A stretch of DNA of 18,768 nt. It comes from Candidatus Aenigmatarchaeota archaeon (GTDB lineage Archaea > Aenigmatarchaeota > Aenigmatarchaeia > Aenigmatarchaeales > JACQIB01). Positions within the stretch are counted from its first letter, which is position 1; each line of letters starts with the position of its first letter. Shown here one piece after another: positions 1 to 5,496 of this stretch. The translations under genes were made by a program, and so were the position numbers. Under the pieces are notes generated by a model. The model saw nothing but the letters and a program-made list of their open reading frames with translations, was not told the DNA's origin and ran no database searches. The stretch spans positions 1-18,768 of the forward strand of contig JAWABM010000014.1 in the NCBI GenBank assembly GCA_038999215.1. The letters are read 5' to 3'.

Positions 1-429
1 GAAAGTGAGCGGGGTCCAGAATTTCAGCCTGTAATCATCATATGTCTGGAGGAAATCAAGCATGTTCTGCCCCTTGGTGTCGAAAAGCCGCCTGTTCCTG
101 ATAGCCTCCTCCATGACAGTCTCGCAGTTCTTGACGGCAATCCATTCACTTATGGCCTTCTTGACTTGCTCCTCGCTGTCATGTTCAGGCACGTACAGGA
201 GCGGCTCGTCGAGGAAGGCTTCGGCGACCTCGATGTAACCTTCCCTGATAGCGGCGTCTATCTGTTCCTCGTACACGCCGGCAGATTTCGCAGCCTTTAT
301 CGCCTGCTCCCTCGTCATGGCCTCGCCCTCAACAACCTTTATTGCTGCGACGATCTCGTCATCGGCAGGCAAGCCCGCAATTCCTACGTATATGTTTCCG
401 ACATCGGACCTGAATTGCCTGTTTTCCAT
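1..429 (-). CDS. hypothetical protein (3' end runs off the window)
   Basis: Manual translation: ATG at 429, open for 143 codons to position 1 (MENRQFRSDVGNIYVGIAGLPADDE...). GGTGAT ribosome-binding site at 433-438 on the minus strand, AT-rich upstream. Absent from the ORF track because no stop falls in the window. Confidence 0.75.
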   Translation of the reverse strand, partial: MENRQFRSDVGNIYVGIAGLPADDEIVAAIKVVEGEAMTREQAIKAAKSAGVYEEQIDAAIREGYIEVAEAFLDEPLLYVPEHDSEEQVKKAISEWIAVKNCETVMEEAIRNRRLFDTKGQNMLDFLQTYDDYRLKFWTPLTF

Positions 430-489
430 GCTATCACCATTAACTACTTTATAATAATTAATAAAAGCTTATAAATCCTTCAAAAGGCG

Positions 490-1278
490 CTACTTGATTA
501 TCTTGACATCGGCCACGAAGCAGCCATCTTCGTTGCAGAACACGGGATTGAGGTCCATCTCCTTGAACTTGTGGCTTATCATGAACCTGCTGACCTTGGA
601 AATGAGGTCGTATAGCGCTGCGAAATTTATGGGTTTCGCCCCTCTTGCGCCGTTGAGTATTTCGTATCCTTTCAGCTCCTTAATCATGGCGTCTGCCGTC
701 GCTATGTCCACAGGGCACACCCTGAAGACGACGTCCTTCAGCAGCTCGGCGTAGATTCCGCCCATGCCGGCCGAGACGACATAGCCGAAGCGCTCGTCCG
801 CCTTCGACGCCACTATGACCTCGAAACCCGTCATCTTCTTCTGCATGAGCACTCCTTCGGCGTTCCTGATTTTCATGAGCTTCGCGAACGCGGCCTCCGC
901 CTCCTCTGGGGTATTGACGTTGATTATGCCGCCCAGCTCGGTGCGGTGCATTATCTTAGTGCCGGAGACCTTCATGACAGCCGGAAATCCGACCTTCTTT
1001 ACGGCCTCTTCGAGGCGCTTCTCTGTCCTGCAATAAACAGTCCTTGCAACAGGTATCTTCGCCTCCCTCAGCAGGTCGTATGCCCTGTCCTCGGCCATCT
1101 TCTCCACGAGAACCGGTTTCGGAGGCGCCTTCTCAGCAGGCCGGACTTTGGGCTTCGGTTTGGCCGCAGGCTTCTTCGGAACAGGCCTTGCCTTACGGTG
1201 CGGCTTCGGATTATGGGCAGCCTTTCTGGCTGCAGCTGGCGCTTTCTTGCCCTTCAGAAGACCCCCAAGCAATGCCAT
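490..1278 (-). CDS. acdB: acetate/acyl-CoA ligase (ADP-forming) beta subunit, ATP-grasp family, with Lys/Pro/Ala-rich N-terminal extension
   Basis: Motifs GFPAVMKVSG..IMHRTELGGI, VVSAGMGGIYAELLKDVVFR and EMDLNPVF...VADVKI are typical of ACD beta / ATP-grasp_5. Confidence 0.85.
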   Translation of the reverse strand: MALLGGLLKGKKAPAAARKAAHNPKPHRKARPVPKKPAAKPKPKVRPAEKAPPKPVLVEKMAEDRAYDLLREAKIPVARTVYCRTEKRLEEAVKKVGFPAVMKVSGTKIMHRTELGGIINVNTPEEAEAAFAKLMKIRNAEGVLMQKKMTGFEVIVASKADERFGYVVSAGMGGIYAELLKDVVFRVCPVDIATADAMIKELKGYEILNGARGAKPINFAALYDLISKVSRFMISHKFKEMDLNPVFCNEDGCFVADVKIIK

Positions 1279-1331
1279 GCCTATCTATTGGCAGATGCCA
1301 TTTTTAAAATTGATGTACGGAATATTGTGTT

Positions 1332-2075
1332 ATGGATTTCGCATTGCTGGGGCTGCGCTTTGACAAGACCCAGACACTCAGGAAAGGCGCCGGCGAAGCG
1401 CCCAAAATCATAAGGGCGGTGTTTCCGAAGCTCGAAAACTACATATTCGGCGTCGACCTGTCGGAGAGCTTCATAGAGGACATGGGCGACATAGGCGGAA
1501 AGGACATCGAGGAGCTCACAGCAATGGCCCGGGCCAAGCTCGGCAGCACAAAAAGGTTCCCTATATTAATAGGGGGCGAGCACACCGTCACGCTGGCAGG
1601 CGTCAGGGCAGTGAAGCCGGACTTCGTGGTCGTGATGGACGCGCATGCGGACTGCGAGAAATCGGACGGCCATGACGGCATCGTGCGCAAACTTGTGGAA
1701 GAGCTGGGACCAGACAATGTCGTGTTGTACGGCGTGCGCGTGGCCTCGTTCAAGGAGAGCGAATACATCAAAAGCAGGGGCATAAGGATAATTCACAATC
1801 CTGCGGAGCTGAAAAAGCTCAGGGGCAGGGTCTATCTTTCCATAGATTACGACGTTCTTGACCCGTCGGTGATCCTCACTGTCGGGAATCCCGAGCCAAT
1901 GGGGCTCCAGTACCAAGAGGTCTCGGAAGCGGTAAAGGCGATAGCGGACAGGCTCGTCGCCGTGGATTTCGTCGAGTTCACGCCGATGAAGAGCGACGTT
2001 ACAGGAATATACGCGTTGGTGGCAGGAAAGCTGATATATTCGACGATGGCTTCGGTAGTGAAGGCCAAAAAATAA
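1332..2075 (+). CDS. speB: agmatinase / arginase (ureohydrolase) family protein
   Basis: Metal-binding motifs GGEHT, DAHAD, SIDYDVLDPS, EPMGL and DFVEFTP. Confidence 0.85.
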   Translation: MDFALLGLRFDKTQTLRKGAGEAPKIIRAVFPKLENYIFGVDLSESFIEDMGDIGGKDIEELTAMARAKLGSTKRFPILIGGEHTVTLAGVRAVKPDFVVVMDAHADCEKSDGHDGIVRKLVEELGPDNVVLYGVRVASFKESEYIKSRGIRIIHNPAELKKLRGRVYLSIDYDVLDPSVILTVGNPEPMGLQYQEVSEAVKAIADRLVAVDFVEFTPMKSDVTGIYALVAGKLIYSTMASVVKAKK

Positions 2076-2127
2076 GCGCAGCTATGCCTAGAAACTTCTG
2101 AAAATGCCGAAACGAGGGCCGCAAACC

Positions 2128-2436
2128 TTACAATATGCTTGTCGTGGCGCTCTCCTTCTCTTCGGCAGGCGCGTCATCGGCAACAGGCGTGGAGATGTGC
2201 TTGATTATTATCACGTCGCCGACGCTGTCCACGTACTGGTAAGGCACTATTATGCCCTTCTTTCCTCCGATTATTCCTGAAAGGAAGCTGCCCTTCGCCA
2301 CGTCGAGCACGAGCGACTGCATCCTGAACTTCTCCATGTTTATCTTGAGATCCGAGACCCTTCCGCAGTAGGCGCCCTTGTTCGTGAAGACATCCTTGCC
2401 GAACATCTCTGACGAGTTCTTTACTGTGATTGCCAT
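2128..2436 (-). CDS. PRC-barrel domain protein (possibly CdpB-like archaeal cell-division protein)
   Basis: Start MAITVKN at 2436 with GGAGGT RBS at 2446-2451. Pattern SEMFGKDVFTNKGAYCGRVSDL...IVPYQYVDSVGDVIII fits a PRC-barrel. The longer ORF-track version overlaps tRNA-Ser. Confidence 0.8.
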   Translation of the reverse strand: MAITVKNSSEMFGKDVFTNKGAYCGRVSDLKINMEKFRMQSLVLDVAKGSFLSGIIGGKKGIIVPYQYVDSVGDVIIIKHISTPVADDAPAEEKESATTSIL

Positions 2437-2519
2437 AACTAAAAACCTCCTTGGTATTTTGACTATCATTAAATACTGCGGCGTAAATATATAAAGTTGA
2501 TTACGAAGTTTAGGTATGG

Positions 2520-2606
2520 GCTGGGGTCGCCTAGCGGTAGGGCGCAGGCCTGCTAAGTCTGTTTCCCTTCGGGGATCCGGGGGTTCGAATCCCCTCCCCA
2601 GCGCCA
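2520..2606 (+). tRNA. tRNA-Ser(GCT)
   Basis: Acceptor GCTGGGG/CCCCAGC, discriminator G, encoded CCA. Anticodon arm CAGGC-CTGCTAA-GTCTG, long variable arm TCCC-TTCG-GGGA, T-loop TTCGAAT. TATA-like AAATATATAAA at about 2485-2495. Confidence 0.96.
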
Positions 2607-2650
2607 TTTTAAAAGTTTTTATACCTTGTCGGGGGCTATTCTTATTCAGG

Positions 2651-2724
2651 GGGCCTGTGGTCTAGCGGCATGACACAACCCTCACACGGTTGGAGATCAG
2701 GTTCGACTCCTGGCAGGCCCACCA
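2651..2724 (+). tRNA. tRNA-Val(CAC)
   Basis: Acceptor GGGCCTG/CAGGCCC plus ACCA. Anticodon arm CAACC-CTCACAC-GGTTG, T-loop TTCGACT. TTTTTATA box at about 2616-2623. Confidence 0.96.
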
Positions 2725-2797
2725 AAACTTCTTTAGCAAAGAAGTTTTATCAAGAAAGGACAATAAGCTTCTTTAACAAAGAAGCTCAATCAAGAAA
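2724..2797. repeat. tandem pair (40-bp period) of palindromic units downstream of tRNA-Val
   Basis: AAAACTTCTTT-AGC-AAAGAAGTTTT (2724-2748) and AGCTTCTTT-AAC-AAAGAAGCT (2766-2786), each followed by ATCAAGAAA. Confidence 0.9.
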
Positions 2798-2806
2798 TGA
2801 GGCGGA

Positions 2807-2927
2807 GCCCCCGTCGTCTAGCCCGGTCAAGGATCTAGGCCTTTCGGCATTGCGCCGAAAGGGTCGAGCCCCTTTGGGCAGTGAAAGAAAGCCTATGACA
2901 TGGGTCCAAATCCCATCGGGGGCACCA
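2807..2927 (+). tRNA. tRNA-Glu(TTC) with 43-nt intron (2847-2889) at the canonical 37/38 position
   Basis: Acceptor GCCCCCG/CGGGGGC plus ACCA, anticodon stem TAGGC/GCCTA. BHB: central helix CTTT/AAAG, bulges CG|G and AA|A, intron stem CATTGC/GCAGTG. Confidence 0.93.
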
Positions 2928-2960
2928 TCTTCTCAATCAGTAAAACTTCTCTTTAGGCAT

Positions 2961-3000
2961 CGTGAATTCCGCCGCTATGTGTGATATAGCGGAATTCACG
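2961..3000. repeat. 12-bp perfect inverted repeat upstream of the integrase
   Basis: CGTGAATTCCGC (2961-2972) and GCGGAATTCACG (2989-3000). Confidence 0.85.
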
Positions 3001-3065
3001 TGTGCTCAAGGACACACCAACGGAACGGTGGTCCTTTACATGGCCGCTCGAAAGAGGTGCTGAAC

Positions 3066-4307
3066 ATGGAAGAGAAGATGGACATACACAACTACGGGCA
3101 CAAGCTCGACCTTGCGATAGGAAGCGTCAAGAGGTCGGCCATGCTTGAGGAGAACAAGAAGCATATCTTGGGCTTCTACAACAGCCTTATTCTGCGGGGC
3201 GTGAGCCAGCCGTGCACCTGCAAGTACATCTACGAGATAAGGAACATGGCTCTTTGGCTGAACAAGGACCTGGACAAGACGACCAAAGAAGACATTATTT
3301 CAGTTATCCAGAAGGTTGAGACCGAGCCAGCCTATACGGAGTGCACAAAGCACAACTACAAAGTCACCCTTAAGCTGTTCTACCGTTGGCTCAAAAACAG
3401 CCCAAGAAAGCAATACCCGCCCGAAGTGGACTGGATAACGAGCGGCATCAGGAACAGCCGCCACAAATTGCCCGAAGAGCTTTGGACCGAAGAGGACGTG
3501 ATGAAGCTAATCAATGCGGCTGATAATCCGCGCGACAAGGCTCTGATAGCAAGCCTCTACGAGTCTGGTTGCAGAGTTGGGGAGCTTGCCAGCCGCAGGA
3601 TAAAGCACGCGCAGTTCGACAAGTACGGCGCGGTTGTTATTGTAGAGGGCAAGACCGGAATGCGGCGTATAAGGCTGGTCAGTTCCGTTCCCTACGTTGC
3701 CGCATGGCTGTCCAACCACCCCGACAAGGACAACCCCGATGCCCCGCTCTGGATATGCATAGGCACAAAGCACAAGGGTCAGCCCCTGACCTACAACGCC
3801 ATAGGCAGGGTATTCAGCGATAACGCCCAAAAGGCAGGCGTCAAGAAGCGGCCCAATCCGCACATGTTTCGCCACAGCCGGGCAACATTCCTAGCAAACC
3901 ACCTTACAGAAGCCCAGCTAAAGCAGATGTTCGGCTGGACGCAGGGCTCGAACATGGCCGCGATATATGTCCACATGAGCGGCAGGGATACGGACAACGC
4001 CATATTGAAGCTGAACGGCTTAGGAGGCGACGAGCGCAAGAACGAGGAAAGCGCCCTAAAGCCCGTCAAATGTCCCCGTTGCGAGTTCGTGAACGGAGCG
4101 ACCTCGAAGTTCTGCAACCGCTGTGCTGCCCCGTTGGACATACGGACAGCCCTTTCAATCGAGGAAAAGACGAACAACCTGGCGCAGAGCTTCGCGGAGG
4201 CGGTCGGGAGCGGAGCAGGACTGGCGGAGATAGCAAGGCGGCCAGAAATGAGCCAGCAGGACTTGGAGAGGTTGGCGAGGCTGGTGGTGGGATATATGAA
4301 GAGGTGA
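3066..4307 (+). CDS. tyrosine recombinase/integrase with C-terminal zinc ribbon
   Basis: Catalytic set YESGCRVGE (R), GKTG (K), HMFRH (HxxR), FGW and YVH (Y). CPRC...CNRC ribbon at the C-terminus. GAGGTG RBS just before ATG 3066. Confidence 0.93.
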   Translation: MEEKMDIHNYGHKLDLAIGSVKRSAMLEENKKHILGFYNSLILRGVSQPCTCKYIYEIRNMALWLNKDLDKTTKEDIISVIQKVETEPAYTECTKHNYKVTLKLFYRWLKNSPRKQYPPEVDWITSGIRNSRHKLPEELWTEEDVMKLINAADNPRDKALIASLYESGCRVGELASRRIKHAQFDKYGAVVIVEGKTGMRRIRLVSSVPYVAAWLSNHPDKDNPDAPLWICIGTKHKGQPLTYNAIGRVFSDNAQKAGVKKRPNPHMFRHSRATFLANHLTEAQLKQMFGWTQGSNMAAIYVHMSGRDTDNAILKLNGLGGDERKNEESALKPVKCPRCEFVNGATSKFCNRCAAPLDIRTALSIEEKTNNLAQSFAEAVGSGAGLAEIARRPEMSQQDLERLARLVVGYMKR

Positions 4308-4320
4308 GGTGTGCGATAGC

Positions 4321-4328
4321 TTTAAATA
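4321..4328 (+). promoter_or_regulatory. putative archaeal TATA box for the DGR target gene
   Basis: TTTAAATA ends about 22 nt before ATG 4351, consistent with a leaderless transcript. Confidence 0.55.
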
Positions 4329-4350
4329 TCTTCACTATAGAGTAGTTAGT

Positions 4351-5079
4351 ATGAGCAAAGCGCAACCAGTATACGATGTTCTGGACAGGATAGATGCGCC
4401 CACGGGCAAGGAAAAGGTATTCTTTCCCGGAAGCACACACCTGCCCGAAGGGAACCGTGACTATAAATCCAAGAAGTTTGTGGCCAACCTTGACCACAGG
4501 CAGATGACGCTTCTCGGGCAAGAGATATCCAAAAGGTATGGTGAGCGCTATACGCTGCTTCCGTTGCAGACGAGCTGCGACCTTGCCCACAAGGACAAAG
4601 AGTTCAAGAAAATGAATGTTGATTATTGGCTTCACAACGAGCCGGTCATTCTCGAGGTCGGCGAAATAATCGCCCATCCGATCGTCAAGGAAGTTGACGG
4701 TGAACTCAAATACGATTATACACCAAGCAAAATGATAAAGACCGAAATAAACGAGTCTGATGTTTTTGATACCCTGATGAAAGCAGGGCTTCTCAAGGAA
4801 CCCAAAAAGAAAGTCTATCGCGGTGGTATTGATTTTGAAGATGGTGAAGCTTCCGTCAGGTCGAATTGGTACTCCGACGGGGGGTGCTTCTCTGCGTATG
4901 CGTACAGGCCCTCGTACAGGGATGACCACGGGGTTGCCGCGTTCGTGAAAACGGGCGAAGCCGTTGAGAAGCCGAAAATGCGCGTGATCGCAGAGAGCGA
5001 ATATCAGGAGTTTATCAGGATAAAGAAGGAGCATGAGGCTCTTCTGAAGGAACTCGCGCCCGTGAAGAAGTATTTCTAA
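4351..5079 (+). CDS. DGR target (variable) protein, probable C-type-lectin-like fold
   Basis: Contains the VR (RGG...SVRSNWYSDGGCFSAYAYRPSYRDDHGVAAF), which matches the downstream TR and resembles the CLec-type RGG...R....P..R...G pattern. ATG 4351 preferred over GTG 4309 because of the TATA position. Confidence 0.88.
   Translation: MSKAQPVYDVLDRIDAPTGKEKVFFPGSTHLPEGNRDYKSKKFVANLDHRQMTLLGQEISKRYGERYTLLPLQTSCDLAHKDKEFKKMNVDYWLHNEPVILEVGEIIAHPIVKEVDGELKYDYTPSKMIKTEINESDVFDTLMKAGLLKEPKKKVYRGGIDFEDGEASVRSNWYSDGGCFSAYAYRPSYRDDHGVAAFVKTGEAVEKPKMRVIAESEYQEFIRIKKEHEALLKELAPVKKYF
4850..4940 (+). repeat. DGR variable repeat (VR), 91 bp
   Basis: Identical to the intron-removed TR except at 4870, 4880, 4891, 4892, 4897, 4903, 4915, 4921 and 4927, all opposite TR adenines. 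Confidence 0.95.
4950..4965 (+). promoter_or_regulatory. putative DGR homing hairpin downstream of the VR
   Basis: AACGG-(G)C-GAA-G-CCGTT stem-loop about 10 nt after the VR. No counterpart follows the TR. Confidence 0.55.
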
Positions 5080-5326
5080 GGGATAAATCCCTTAACGTTC
5101 TGAATTTGGACATGCCAAAGCTCTTTCCTTCTCCCAGACGGGGGGGGGGCAAAATTTCAATTCTCCCGGCAAAGGCCCGCGCTATACGCCTTTCCATAGA
5201 GCACGCAAAGTGCCGTTAAATACAGCGGCGACAGTTGGTAGGCTTCCGAAAACTGGAGCCGCGGTGTATCTTTGGTGGAGAGGCTACCGAAACCCTTCCG
5301 TCAGGTCGAATTGGAACTCCGACGAG

Positions 5327-5343
5327 AGCCGCAAGGTCGTCAA
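5327..5343 (+). other. TR intron 1 (17 nt), strict BHB motif
   Basis: Central helix GACG(5321-24)/CGTC(5338-41), bulges AG|A and AA|G, inner stem GCC-GCAA-GGT, outer pairs CC(5319-20)/GG(5345-46). Confidence 0.85.
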
Positions 5344-5359
5344 GGGTGCTTCAATGCGA

Positions 5360-5390
5360 ACGGTTGGAAGGAAACGTCCCGCCGGCATAA
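5360..5390 (+). other. TR intron 2 (31 nt), strict BHB motif
   Basis: Central helix ATGC(5354-57)/GCAT(5385-88), bulges GA|A and AA|A, inner stem CGGT..GGA.G-GAAA-C.TCC.GCCG, outer pairs CA(5352-53)/TG(5392-93). Confidence 0.85.
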
Positions 5391-5415
5391 ATGCGAACAG
5401 GCCCTCGAACAGGAA

Positions 5416-5448
5416 ACTTTCTTGCCGCCTTTTGGCTGGAAGCCTGAA
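5416..5448 (+). other. TR intron 3 (33 nt), relaxed BHB (bulge-helix-loop) motif
   Basis: Central helix CAGG(5410-13)/CCTG(5443-46), bulges AA|A and AA|T, inner stem CTTTC/GGAAG plus GCC-TTTT-GGC. The immediate exon-exon pair is missing. Confidence 0.8.
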
Positions 5449-5496
5449 TGACAACGGGGTTGCCGCAATAGCGCGGACTGCCGATAGGGGATATTG

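Larger units (their letters stand above)
5295..5466 (+). ncRNA. DGR template repeat (TR), four exons: 5295-5326, 5344-5359, 5391-5415, 5449-5466
   Basis: Exons sum to 91 nt with 22 adenines and 8 AAY codons in the VR frame. Aligns to the VR with adenine-only mismatches and lies directly upstream of the RT. Confidence 0.93.

Noticed and set aside
166..474. 102-aa plus-strand ORF
   Set aside because: Shadow of the minus-strand gene 429..1, which has an RBS and host-like codon usage.
2724..2797. Mini CRISPR array
   Set aside because: Only two units with about 6 nt between them, no spacer-length unique sequence, and no cas genes.
2670..2984. 104-aa ORF, plus the N-terminal extensions of 2128..2607 and 3000..4307
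   Set aside because: These overlap tRNA genes or hairpins. Better starts with RBS exist at 2436 and 3066.
5112..5219. 35-codon ORF across the G10 tract as a frameshifted avd remnant
   Set aside because: Too short, and I see no Avd-like sequence in it.
5260..5294. Possible fourth intron or 5' extension of the TR (CGCGGTG shared with 4819-4825; CGGT/ACCG helix followed by AAA)
   Set aside because: Only one bulge forms, and removing 5268-5291 does not restore colinearity with the target. Mismatches are not adenine-restricted.
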